A DNA stretch of 64,000 nucleotides from Eutreptiella sp. 'Long Island Sound 2002' (taxonomy: Eukaryota > Protista > Euglenida), in the NCBI GenBank assembly GCA_964036045.1, contig OZ038378.1:184760001-184824000 (forward strand). The letters run 5' to 3'. Positions 22,301 to 36,134 of this stretch are shown here, one piece after another (the first letter of the stretch is position 1; each line of letters starts with the position of its first letter). Under the pieces are notes generated by a model. That model did not search any database. It was not told where the DNA came from and worked only from the letters and a program-made list of their open reading frames with translations. The position numbers and the translations under genes are program-made.

Positions 22301-25300
22301 GCACCCCCTACTACCCCCCCACCGCCCACGGTCCCGGGGCTCTATTCAACCCCTCAACCTCCCCCCCCCCCCTACCACCACCCGCACCATGGGGGGGGGA
22401 TGACAAGGGAGGGGGGGGGGTATTTCACAAAGACCAGGGGAATATTAGAAAGGGGAGGGGGTCTGGGACCCAAAAGCTCGTAGTGGTCTCAGGCGGGATC
22501 CGAAAGGGGTGGGAGTTCCCCCCCCCTCCTCTGGTGTACGGCCATTCTGATACTTCCCTGCGCCCCCCCTCATCGGTATGCCTTCACACAGCACTCCACA
22601 GCAGAGCACAACAGGCAACACTCGCAGACGGCAAAGGGCACAGGTCCGCAACCGAGGGACCGACCTGCTGCAGAGTGCCTTCGATGGTCTCCGAAGGCGC
22701 GGAGTTGAACTCCAGCGTGCGCCTCAGCGACAGGGGCAGCGTCCGAAGGGGCCGCGTGCTCACGTGCAGACCCCCTGAACACCAGCGGCATTCCCGAGAC
22801 GTGTCCTGCACGATGCGCACCACTTCGTGTCCAATGGTCAGGGCCATGACCTGAGAGCAAAGGGGGATCCTTCAGAGCAGATATAGAAGGGTGTGGCAGT
22901 GTGTGGCAGTGTGCCTCCGGTTTGGGGGTTCTCCAGACTGGTGGCCGATTGCTGGCACTTTAATCGAGGACGACACATATACGCACGGACACGTGCTGCT
23001 CGGGAGAAGCGGCCCCACATGAGGGTCACGGATGGCACGGCAGTCCTCTCTCCCACACAAGGCCCCAGAAGAGTACGCAGGCCGGAATTCAGAGGGTGGC
23101 TTGGGTGCACATGGGCTCATCGGCCCACAGGATGTGGAGTCCAGCACTGCTGGCGGAGAGGAGATGCTGGCCACCTGTGGGATGCAACCCAGGAAAGTGC
23201 CGCCACGGGGCGTAGGCTCCTCAGTTGCTGGACACCGGGGGTCACTCTGACGGCTAAGAGGAGGCGGTTGGGGACCCCGGCCCAGCAGGCCATTGTCCAA
23301 CGGGTGACTGCTACATACACACGTTACGTTACGTTACCCTCCGTTACGTTCCGTTATGTTACGTTACGTTACGTTACGTTACGTTACGTTGCATTGCGTT
23401 GCGTTGCGTTCCGCTCCGTTCCGTTCCGTTATCGCGTTATGTTACGTTACAATACGTTACATTACATCACATATATTACATTACATAAATACACAATACA
23501 TTACATTACATAATACATTACATTACATTACATTATGTTACGTTACACTACATCACGTTACACTACATCACACGGTCTCTGTGTGTCTGTAGGGGTGCAG
23601 ACTGGGGCGGGAACACCATTGACAGTGTGACAGCAAACAGTTAAAATCTCTTGGTAAGCAACACAAAACGGCTCGAGGCGATTAAATACGTACTGTCGAT
23701 GTTGAGAGCTGACAGCACCGGGACCAGGACATGGCCCCAATCATCTTGCCAGCTTGTACCTGAAGAACGAGTTGCTGATATCAGCGCGTCAGTATCAACA
23801 CACGCTGGCAATTTGACACAATGGTTTACAAACCTTTCCCTGGGTGCCTGAAAAGAATGGGAAAACAGCGTGACAGCCCCCGGCACCCGAAAAAAGCCAG
23901 TGTTGACCCTCAATGAGTCGGACGAACCCACAATACCTCGAAAAGTTTAAAACGAGCCTCGTTGAGCCGTTTCCTGATTTTCCCGGAGCTTGAAGGGGCT
24001 GTTGTGTGTTGGGGAGGGGGTCCGTGGGTGGGTGAAGGGGGGGGGGGACTGCCAAAAAAATATTCTAATTCAGGCCTGGGGCCGGCGAGGCAGAGGATCC
24101 AGGACAGTGACGGGGGGGGCGCCATGGGGCGGGAAGCGGGCGAGGGCCCGCGCAGTTGAGGGCACAGGGAAGGCCACCTCTCCCGCAGTGCCCGACCGCC
24201 CCCACTGCAGAGCCGCGTCGTCCACCGGCAGCAGCAGCAGGGCTAAGGGCTGCACGATGTGCCACAGGCAATGCACGTGGGCCGGCCCCACGAAGTCGAC
24301 GAACGCCCCCCGGGCCCCGTCCCAGTCCACAGCCGCCAGAAGATCCCCCGCGCCCGCGTGCGGGACGGGCCACACCCGGGCCTCCACGCGGAAGCCGGGG
24401 CCCGTGCGGGGGCCATGCGCGGGCCGAGGGGGGGGCGGTGGCGGGCCGGCGACGGGGGGTGTGGGGGCGGGCGGAGCCGGGGCGGCCACGCGGTACTTCC
24501 GCATCACCAGCGCGAGGACCGCGTGGCGTGGGGGGCCCTGGGCTGCGGAGGGTGCGGGGGCAGGGGGGGGCGGCGCGGGGGGCGTGCGGGGGGACGCGGG
24601 GGCGCCGGAGAGGGCGAAAGGGTCGTCGCAGGTCAGGGCGAAGGGGTCGTCGCAGGTCAGGGCGAAGGGGTTGTACGGCCGCGGGGCCCCGGCAGGCGGG
24701 AGGCCGTCGGGCGCCGGGGCGGCCGGACTCGGAGACGGGGCAGCGCCTGGGCGAGAGGAATGCGGGGGCCTGTGCGCACGTCGGAAGGCGCTGGCGCGCG
24801 GCGGCGGGGGAGACCCCGGTCTGAGACGTGATCCCACCCCCGATCCCCGGCCGGGGGTGGTTTAGTGGTTAAATGACTATGCTCACGCACCAGTGGTCGT
24901 GGGGTGGAACCCGGCTACAGTCAGAGTACCTACCCAATACCCACAGCCGTCAGAGCGGCTGAAGTCCATGCGATATTGAGGCAGGGAGCAGCACCAGGAT
25001 GGCATATCTGTTACACAGACTACCGCTGGGGGATGGTGCGCTGGCTTCCCGGATAAGAACACCGCTCAGCTCGTTGGGTCCTGAGGGGGGTATCTGAAGC
25101 CGAAGAAGTGGGGGTACCGGTGGCCCAGACGACCGCTCCATCGGAGGTGGAGCCGAGAGGAAGTGGCTGAGAACCAGGGCCTGGACCTGCGCCTCAAGCC
25201 CCGTTGGGTGAGAGACCCATGGCTCCTCCTCCTCCTCCTCCTCCTCCTCCTCGACCCCCGAAGCAGAGGTGCACGAGAGAGGCCGTGCACTTCTGGGGAG

Positions 25301-28300
25301 GAGCGAAAGCGGGGTACGTCTGGGGTACATTCATTTTTTGTTTCTTCGTTTGAAACCCCAACACTACCGCAATGGGTTGCGTTCCTCGGAGGCGTGCCTC
25401 CGGCCCCTGTGGCGTCCCTCCCGGTGCCGGCCGCCTTCACTTTCAGTCATCCCCATGACCTTGAGGATTTGGAGGGTGCTCACTACCACAAATGATGTGG
25501 GCTGGGCCCAGGGGGTTCTGGGTCACCCGGTGTACCACATGAGCGGTGCGCTGCATTTCCAGGCATGTCTTTTTTTTGGGGGGGGGGTGGGGGCAAAATA
25601 AGGGCTGCTTGGCACTGCGGTCCGTGGGCTGTGGCTCGGAGGGGAGGGGGCGGGGCACAGGCATTCTCGTTGATCGCGTTGATTGACGCTTGATGGCGCA
25701 CACACCGCCATTGAGAAGGCAATGAGGCACTACACACGGCAAAATTTTCAAAATCACTGAGTGGTACGTCCATCTGAAGATGGTCACTGTCAAACGGAAG
25801 ACACAGGAACGACCACCTGCAGTCGGTGCTTACCAAACAAAAAAAAATTAGCCATGAACAGGGGGGGGGGATTGCGGTCGGGGGGGGGGGGTCAAATCCA
25901 ATTGCGAAAAATCACCTCGCAGAGGTTGTTAGATCAAAGCCAGGCAGGTGTATATAGGGGAAAACGCCACATACCCCCCCCCCATTTTGGGCCTATTCGC
26001 GTACCCTACCCCAAGGGGTTGAATTGTTGGTTTAACCCCTTGTAAAATCATTATTTTGTCCAATAAACGCATCCCCCAATGAGTTTTTGGTCCGGACCCC
26101 CCCAGACCCCCCCCACTTGAAACGCACTTTTTGGAGCTTTTGAGGGAGGTGGGGGGGGGTGGGGGGGTGGGGAGGGGGGTCAAAAAATGACCCCCCTTTT
26201 TTGGGGTCGAAAATCATGAATCTTTTGGTTTAGTTCGATTTTGAGCCGAAAAAGTGTTTCCGGGTCCCGACTCCATGGGGTTTGTATGGGGTGGAGTGGG
26301 ACGAGCGCTTTTGCAGTTCATGCACTTTCCAGCCATTTTTGCTATGTTGGCGGTTTTGGCGACCCCGGTGACCCCGTGGTACCCACTCCGAGGGGTCTGA
26401 GTGGGGATGTTGTGACAGTATATGCCAACTAGGATACGGAAGGGCGTTTTTGCAGTCTCTAGCCTTGCTGAGAGCCGGTCACAACCCGTGCCAAAAATGC
26501 GAAATGACTGTTTCCACCAATAATGGCCTAGTGAATGGGCCGGTACACAACCTGCAGTTTTTCACCTCGGACAGCTCAAAAATCGAAGTTTTCGAAGCTT
26601 GTTTTTATGATATTGTGACCACACGATATGACCATCCAAGGTATGTAAAGCATGTTTTAGGCCGTATTTCCGTGTTTTTCACCCTATTTGGGGTTTGGGC
26701 GGGGGGGGGGGGGGGTTCTCCCAAGGGATTGGTACACAACCTGCTTGTGCAGTTTTTCACCCTGGGCAGCTCAAAAATCCAAGTTTTCGAAACTTATTTT
26801 TTTGATACCATGATCACCTAAAATGACCATCCAAGCTATGTAAAGCATGTTTTAGGCCGTATTTATGTCGTTTTTTCCCTATGTTGTGTGTGCGTTGCTT
26901 GGAGTAGAGTCTCTGCAAGGTGGACTTGCCGAAGGCAATAGAATTGCGGAAAAATTGTGGGAAAATTGCAATAAATTGCGGAAAAATTGCGGAAAATTGC
27001 AGAAAAATTGCGATACCATAAGCAACCCTCCTAGCCCTCATGGTGCAACAATTCTGGAGAGGTGGAACAGATCTTTTCATTCAGTCATTCAAAAGGTCGA
27101 TGGGCACCACAATTACAGGTGGCGCCCCTCAATATCACCATGGAATTGAAGCATGAACCAAAGGCGGCGGATGTTGTCATCCAATTTGTGGTACCACTCG
27201 GAAACTGTTGTGAGAAAAAGTGTTCCACATCACCACCAGAAGTGGGCTGTGTAATCAAGAAAAACACCATCTCTTGGAAAGGTGAAGGGGCACGTGATTG
27301 CCACCATTCCGCAGTAGGACCATTGATATCAATAGCATTGCAACGGATGTACACACTCCACTGCTCTGCAATATCTGGCAAATCAGACAAGCCCAACAGG
27401 GGGTATTGATCCATGGCATGTGGCATGTCAAGCAGATTTCGTGGGTTCAAGATGCGTAACTGTGATGCCATATTGCTGGTGGCAAAAAAAGAGGAACGGA
27501 GTTGGGACACCAGAAAATGGCAGTTTTTAATTGCACATTGCAGCATGTCCCTGTGGCACAGGAAGGAACCGTTCTGTCACCTTCAAGCGTGGACGAGCAT
27601 GGAGTCTCATCGTTCTGCATAGTTCTGCACACTAGTCTGGCTCACCATTGACAGCACGGACACCACACCAAAGGGAACGTAAGATGGACAAGTCAGAAAA
27701 ATTGCGGAAAATTGCAGAAAATTGCAATAAATTGCAGGAAAATTGCGAAAAAATTGCGAAAGATTGCGAAATTGTGGAAAATTGCGGACCTCAATCCCCC
27801 CCCCCCCCCGGCATGAGCCGCCAGCCGAAAGGGTCGTCCTCAATGGAAAGCCAAAAGAAACATCCCGTTGTAGGAGGACAGCCCTGCATTGAGACACAAC
27901 TCGTGCCAGAGGGACGACTTTGTGGACTGCAAGTGTGACACAGACCTGCGGCCGCAGAGAACGACAGACGTCGTGTGGGGGATGGGGCTTCGGGGGAGGT
28001 GCTCTCGCGCGGGGCCCACGCGGTGCAGGGGAGCGTCGCTGGACTGAGAGACACGCGCGACCGTTTGGAGGAGGGCTCAGAGAAGAGCGCCGGGGACGAC
28101 GCCGCAGACGAGCCCTGGGCCTCGTCGGCGGCCCCCGCAGCCGCGGCGGGAGATGACCACGGGAACAACAAGCGTTCCTGAGGCAAGGCATCATCGTGCA
28201 GAGGTGCACGCGTCAGACCTTCGGTCCCTGACCACAAAGCCGTTGCGGGCGTTGGACACAATAAGAAGTGTCATCAATCAAGATCAAATCTAGGCGGGCC

Positions 28301-31300
28301 TGCCTTTATACGAAACACACACACGCGCGCGCGCGCGCGCACCCACACACGCACGTCCATGCCTTTTGCAGGCCATTTGTATGCCAGAGCCCAAGGGGGG
28401 AATGTTCGGATGTCTGCACCCACGCCCTCCAAATGACCTCTTGTGAGGCCAGCAGGTGACTGGTGACTATGGGGGCAATACGGCACATTTGTGACCTGTG
28501 GGACAGGGACAGGGACAGGGACGGGGGGGGGGGGGCTGGAGGGCGGTCCGTGGCTGCGACCCTACCCCACGGGTTTACGTGCGTGAGTCATGATTTCAAA
28601 ATCAAAAACTGCGGGAGGGGGGTTCAACCCCCCCCCCCCAAAATAAAACAACAGCATCGCAGCCGAATGGGGGAGGCGGGGGGCGGTGTTGGGGTCAAAA
28701 CGGAAAACCAAGGCTCCAGGCTCTTATAATGATGATTGTACAAGGGGTCAAACATACAACTTCATGCCTTGGGGTATGCTATGGGGGTACGTTGCCCGGG
28801 GTAGGGTGTTCGCTGGTGCTTCCGGTATGTACTCTGGTTGGCCCAAGCTCTCCAGGTGCTTCCCGGATATATTCCAGTTGATCCAGTTCTTTGGAGATAC
28901 CTTCTGGTTGGTGAAGGAGACATTCCGGTGCTGCCGGGATGCACACTACACTGGTTTGTCCAGGATGTGTTCTGCTAATGGGGTGGGGCTACTCCCCTGC
29001 CTTCGCTTGGAAACTCGGGGTCTTTGACGGGGGAGGGGTAGGGGGTCGCAGTCAAGGGCTATGCCCACATCAGAGCATCGCAAGAGGTCTCAGACTGCTC
29101 AAAAAAGTGATATGGCACAATGGCTCACCACCCTTTACCCTGACCGAAACCTGTTCTGAACCAATTTCATGGGAAAAAATAAGGTCTGGCCAGGTTTCTG
29201 GACCCCTTCCACTCCAATTCACACCGCTGTGAGGAGTCCCCCTCGCGCGTGGAGTTGCAATGGGCCGCAGGCCCTGGCCATGCGCCCACACTGCCCCGCC
29301 AACACACAAACAGCAGTCACCGGCCAGACACGCAAGAGCCCACGCCCTACACCTCCCACGGCTGCAGGGGCATCAGATGGACGGCCTCCACCACCATCAA
29401 AAGGCGCCGGCCCTTGCCAGAGGGGGGGCCTTCTGCAGGTACGAGGCTGCGAACCCCCATGTCCGGGCCATCGCCGAAGGCCTCTCCAGAGCTCCCACAC
29501 GGCGTTGCAGCGCCATCAGCAGCGTCTTGGGGCAGGCCCCGCAGCTCAAAGTCACCGATGCAGCACACGCGGTTCAGCAGACAAGCAACCTGAAGTTCGC
29601 GCCAGGGATCACACATGAGCGGTACGGTGTGGCAAGACTTCCATAGCGGACTGGGGATGGGGAGGGCTACCACGTTTCACAACATGTGTACAGTCATGTC
29701 TACATGCGCACGGTTTATAGCCACCCCCCCCCCCCCCCCAACAGAGCCTGCCCGTTTCCCTCCACCAGGCACAAGATGCCGGCCGCTAGCCGGCGCCAGG
29801 CAGCACACGTTGCGTGAAAACATGTCCCCTGATGTCCACTTCACTTCGTGTGAGGTCCAACGAAGCCGGCGCTTGGAACCTTTCATAAAATCCAAAAATG
29901 GTCATTGTTGCCGAAAAAAATTTTCTCCACCGGTTTGCTGTTGTCATAAACAATACAACGGCATTGGTTGACATTGCTTCGGCTACACATGTACCGGTCC
30001 TTGACAAGCTGAATACTGGATTCCAAATTTTATCAGTGGTGTGCACGATATTGCAGCTTGGACCCATTTCAAATCCCATTGCCCTTGCCTGACATTATGC
30101 AGAAATGTGGAAGCAGTTATTGGTTTTTGGTGAGAAAATGAAACCGGTCATTGTTTTGATGCAGACATGAGACAGAAGAAATTCCGGTTGTTGGTGGTAC
30201 CTAGAAAAATCGGTTCCAAACCTGAGCCTGCGCCTGCGAGCGTGTCGATACATGTACCGCTGTTCCAGAGATGTGGGTTAGGCATAAAATGTGGACAAAC
30301 ACCGGTCTACATGTACACACCACAGGAGCAGTCGAATCCTGGATTTGAGGTGCAGCGCCCAACAGATGCAGTGCCAATATTTTGAGGGGGCTGGAAAGCC
30401 CTCATCCCCATCACGACAATCCCCGCCGGTGCCCAGCGTGCAGACAATGTGCAGAATCCCCCAATTGGCAGTGCTGCACAGCAGCATGTCAATATGCTGT
30501 AGGCAGTCGCGGATTGCAGACAGTGATGGTGAGTGCCGGGAGGTGGGGGGTTCTGTGGGCTGTAGCCGCAAAATACAATTGTTTGGGGACGGCGCCGAAG
30601 GTCCGCTTCGGAAAAAAACCGGTTCAGTCACACACGTTTGCTGGTGCACAGTTTGCAGACACCGTGCGCGGCATCCCGGAGTCCTTCCGCGCTGCCCCTC
30701 ACCCGGGGCTGTGGTGGCCAGGGTGGAAACAGTGGGCCACTGTGCCCGATGCGGGCTTTGTTTCGACAGCATTTGTGCCGCACTGGTACCCCCCTGCCGC
30801 CCCGTAGCGGGGGTGGCGAGGGCATATTGTGAATGGGGGCGCGCCAGCGTGGAGGGAGGGGTCGGAAGGGGGACAAGATGTGCAGGGGCGCGCGGGGGCG
30901 ACAAACCCCATGTCTGGACGCACAGAATCGCAATCAATGCCTCCGTCATGGCGCATGGGTCAGGGGACAAATTGTGCAGCCCAATTGCAGAACACAATTG
31001 TCCGGACACCAGTTGCCCCGCACGCATTATCCCCCCCCCCCCCACCTCTGCACGCCATCCCGCGTTGCATACCACCGGGGGCATACTTTGAGGGGTTTCC
31101 TTTTAGGGGGGCCAAAATTTATTCCTTAGAAATGAAGGGAAACTTTGGGAAAAAATCGCTGTTGTTTCCTGTTGGATGGTTGCTGTTATTTCCTGGTGGG
31201 TTCTGGATGGTCACTGCTATTTCTGGACTATATTGCGCATTCAGCACGCAGAATGCCCCCCCGTGCAGCCCGTGTCCGGTGCACACAGCTTGGCACATCC

Positions 31301-32000
31301 TGAAAATCGAAGGAAATATTTGGTACGAGGGGTTTTCAAATTTGTCCACATCAATTTTGTCCTGATCTAAAATTTTCCTCCGGTGGTACAGCCCCACAAA
31401 GTGGTGGATGGGGTGCACACAAACGCACAGCACAGCGACAGCCCAGCGCAGAGGGGCTCCCAATGCGAACGTGGGCACACACACACCTGCGCCATGGGGT
31501 CTTCGCAGTATTTGTACAGGGGCTGGTCCGCGGCCGCAGGCTCGAACCGCGGGGCACAAGCCGAGGCCCATTCCCCTGCGTCCGGGGCTCTGTCGTCCGG
31601 AGTCGCCCCCGACGCGACGGTGCCCGATCGCGGGGGCTGCGGCGCGTCGCACGGCGCCGTGAGGAGCACCGGGACACGGGCCGTGGCGTCGGACAACAGC
31701 AAATGCCCCGTTTGCGGGTCGACCTCCAGAAGGCCAACGACGGCGGGGGGCACGGGGGCCTCGTCGGCATCGCTGTCCCCTGAGGTCTGGCACAGAACGG
31801 CCGCGGCTGAGAGGACGTGGGGCCAGGGGAGGGAGGCGAAGAGGTCGGAGGCGGTCTGCAGGAGGTCCTTCAGGGGGATGATGAAGGGAAGGGGCGCTGC
31901 CGCATCTGATCGCAGAGGGTGTGCGTGTGCGTGCGCGCGCGCGTGCGCGTGCGTGCGTGCGTGCGCTCGTGCGTGCGCTCGTGCGTGCGTGCGTGCGTGC

Positions 32001-32062
<62 letters not shown>

Positions 32063-35000
32063 GGAAGGGTACACCGTATAAGGAGGGGCACGTGCCTATG
32101 AAGGTCCTGGACGCTGATGCGCAGGGGGGGGGGGGCTGCGAGGTCATGGGGAAGGCTGCCAGACATGTCCTTGTGTGTCCTGCCATGCGTAAACCGTCGC
32201 GACATCCCCAAGTACCACCGCTCTCGGGGGGTACCACACACCTCCGCCCCTCTGCTTTGGGACGACATTTAGCCCTGCCACCCGCTTCTGCCTGCCCCCA
32301 ACGGATGATCCGTTGCGCCCGCCAGCGTTTGCCTCCAAGCCGCTTGTGTGTGTGTGTGCGCACGTGCGCTCGTCAACCACAGTGATATGACGGCGGCAAC
32401 TGGCACAGCCCCCGTTGCAGCTCTTCTGGCCCCAACGCCTCCGAAGCCCCCATTGCATGGGGGCTTCCAGCGACACAGCCAGTGATCAGGTGTGGGGCCC
32501 TGTGACCGCGTGTGGCCCTGCTTGACCAAAGATTCGACCCCACCGAGGAACGCCCCCGGGCCCCCCTCCTCAGACAAAACGGTGTCCGGAGTTCTGGAAT
32601 GTGGTGCTATTCCTCGCCCCGTGTGCAGTGTTTGTGTGCGCCGTGAAATCCCAAATGTGGCACCCCCTTCAGAAGGGACGGGGTTTGAAACTTACGAGAG
32701 GGGCCAAAGCATGAGGCGGAACCCACGAAGCCCAAGCATGAGCCTGAGGCAGCGCAGAGTGCTAACCGACAGGAATCAGACCGTGCACCCTCTTGGTAGG
32801 TGCAGGGTGCGTCTGTAGGAGGGAGGGCCAGCCATGGCCATGGAGGGCTTAGCAGGATTCATCTGGACGAATCAGGCGTAAGATGACGTTAACGAAGAGG
32901 CGAAGGACGCTCAACGCATTGGACAACACCCCATGAAGTGTTGCCTCTTTGGAGCACGATGGGGAGCACATCGTTCGTATGGGGTTCCTTCTCTTCTGAC
33001 CTCTTCCCTTCTCCAACCAGCCTCTCCATCTGCCCTCAATCTACCCCCCCCCCCAACCCCACTCTTGACCCTGCCTCTCCGTCCATCACATTGTCAAAGG
33101 CTGCGCCGGACATCGGATATCTCGGATGTCCTCATGGTCCCACTTGCACCCTCGCCCCGCCTCATCTCACTGCCCCATTGCGCTTAGCGCCTCAGGCCTT
33201 CCTGTTGCTATGCCATGTGCACGTCTTGCTGCGTCTTCACAGCGGCATCTGTGCGGTCCCTTGCGGTCCTTCTTTATGTTCCGCATGTTTTTGATTGCGA
33301 TCCCGGTGCGGGATTCAGGCCTCCTTCATCAGTGGCCTCGATGCCTGACGCCACCAGCTCTTACCAGCTCTAGTCCTCCCTCCAGTGCCCATGTGATCTT
33401 CACCGATGATACCAGGCTGTTCCACCGTACAGCCGTACTCTGTCCCCTGCATGCCGATCCCCCCCCCCCCAAAGAGCCGACCTGGGCCTTTTTGGGGACT
33501 CTGTCATGTTTACAGGAGCGGTACAAAAGCTTCACATAAACAAGAGCCACCAATGAGCGATTTCGCCAAAACTTCGTTTGGCCATTTTCCGCACCAAAGG
33601 AGCTGCTTCCCGCACCAGAAATCCAGCGGCGACCGCTGACCTTGCGCTCAAGGGACGGACGCAACATACCGATCGGGCCCTTGAATCGGCCCCAAACATT
33701 CACGGCGCCATTTGCAGCGTCGAAGTCATCCACGTAACTTTGCACGGTTGCCGGTGGATCCGTGTATGCAAAGCAGCGATCATGCTCCAGAAACGAGGCC
33801 ACTGTGCCTGCTGGCACCTGATCCTCAGGGGCTGTGGCGAAGTTGTAGAGATTCAAGTACTCGCCACAGGCAGCAGCAATCTGTGGAGTGCACTGTGCAG
33901 ACAGAAGGCCGGAATTGTGTAGGAGAAACACAGATTGTGGCATTGACCCTCGCTTTCAGATCCAATTGGACATTGGAGACGCCTGTGCACATGCCGAACG
34001 GTCCGCTTACACGCATGTCCCCTCGTACGCATGTCCACATGGGCCTCCTCCCGGCCAATGCAGAGCAGCGGGTCTGCTCGCAAAACGCTGACGTGCACCA
34101 GCACAACAGCACCGGGCGCCCGCTCTGGCGGGTGTCAGGATCGGAGCTGAAACCTCGACACTGATGTACTCACACAGTGGCGGCCTAGGGCAGCCTAAAG
34201 CAGCCAGAAATTTCTGTTAGAAATATCGAAACCCTGACATTGAATGCCACTTTCTGACCGAGGGGTCTTGAACAGCGCTTCGAAACTGTACAAAAAAAAA
34301 GCCTTTCAAAACGCACCTTCGGCGCCCACCAAGAACGAGAGAAATGGGGGTAAAGAAACGCCCTCGGTTGGGTGCGCCTGAGCGGAAATGGACCACACAT
34401 TTTCCCCGCTTTCCTTCTGCGCGGGTTACAACTGACGTCCCCATCGTCCCGCTCCACCGGAAGGCAAGTCCCTTGGGACGGGGGTTTGGGAGATCGTTGA
34501 CCGCAACCCACTGTCCGCCCCGCCATCGCCCAAGCCCCCGCCCCCAGAGGGTCGCGCCAGACCCCCCATCCTCTGCCTCGGCCGGAGGAGCTTTGCGCCA
34601 CAGGCACAAGGAAGCCTTGCGCCCCACGCCGGGGGGCCTGTCTCACAGGCCCGGGGGGCAAAACCGTCTGGGACCCAACACAGGGGCCGCAGCAGACAGA
34701 GTGCGGGGCACAGCGAGGACGCACGAACCGTCTACGCCTCCACAGCATCACACGGACGCGCCCCAGGCCTGGCTCGACCCATTTTTGGTCCATCAAAAGT
34801 GGCGCCAAGACAGGCCATCTTTTCAAAGGAAATGGGGCGAAGAGCCCAAGCCGCGGAGCAACCCCCTTCGAGAGGCCCCTTCAACGACCTGCCCAAAATG
34901 GCAGTGAGGTGGTGTAAAGGTGGTGGAAAAGGTGGTGTGAGGTGGTGTAGAGGTGGTGTGAGGTGGTGTAAGGGTGGTGTACAGGTGGTGTAAAGGTGGT

Positions 35001-36013
35001 GTGAGCTGGTGTAAAGGTGGTGTAAAGGTGGTGTGAGCTGGTGTAAAGGTGTCGTAAAGGAGGTGTAAGGGTGGTGTAAAGGTGGTGTGAGGTGGTGTAA
35101 AGGTGGTGTGAGGTGGTGTAAAGGTGGTGTAAAGGTGGTGTGAGGCCAAAAAAAACTGCGTACACCACGGCAGCCCCAAGACAAACTGGGGCCATATCTC
35201 GGGGTTCCCAGCATGAACTCTACCTCCGAGGGCACCTACCGGGGGAATATCCGAACACGATATGCCTCCCAAAGGGTGTTGGTCCCAATCCTGAAAAACG
35301 CTCTTTCCTCTACCATGTCCATTCTCTGCCCAAAACATTAGAGACGACAGAAAGCTGCCTGAACATTTTCCTGCTGCGCTCATTTCTGATTGAGATTGAA
35401 ATGCCCTGGAAAAGCCTCTTTTCTGATGGAAGTTGAAACGCTCTGCAACACATTTCCCACATTTCTTTTTTTCTTGAGCCTGCTGATGAAGAATACAAGA
35501 AATGCATGCGAAATCACATGCATGAAACTGTCACGGTGCCTAATTGCCAAAGTGTACCAGACCTTCAAACCGGGTGTGAAAATTGTACTCTACCTCTAGC
35601 CCTACGTCTGCCGGACAAGCGCAATTGGTGGGCCCCCTTTCTCTCGTGGTACAGCCCCACAGTCCCAACGCACGACCCCACACTGGACAGAGCACACGGC
35701 AAAAGATGGGCAGTGGCAGCGTCCAGGGCGGTGTGGACAGACCGGGTGGTGGCGTAAGGCCGAGAACTTGTTGTGCAGCATCGAATAGCACTCCACCGCA
35801 TACGCATAGAAGGCCGTGTTGTGTGTGGGGAGGGGGGCCGGAACGGCCCAGCCCCATGCCACATCTGGGCCTTCGGTACTGGAGGCAAACTGTAGGTCGA
35901 AGCGAAAATGCGCGGAGTAGTGGAAGCACTGGCTGCGGACCACAGGAACGGAGCGGGGGAGGGCAAGGGGGGACAGACAGACGGACAGACAGACAGAGAG
36001 AGAGGGAGAGGGA

Positions 36014-36078
<65 letters not shown>

Positions 36079-36083
36079 AGAGC

Positions 36084-36134
<51 letters not shown>

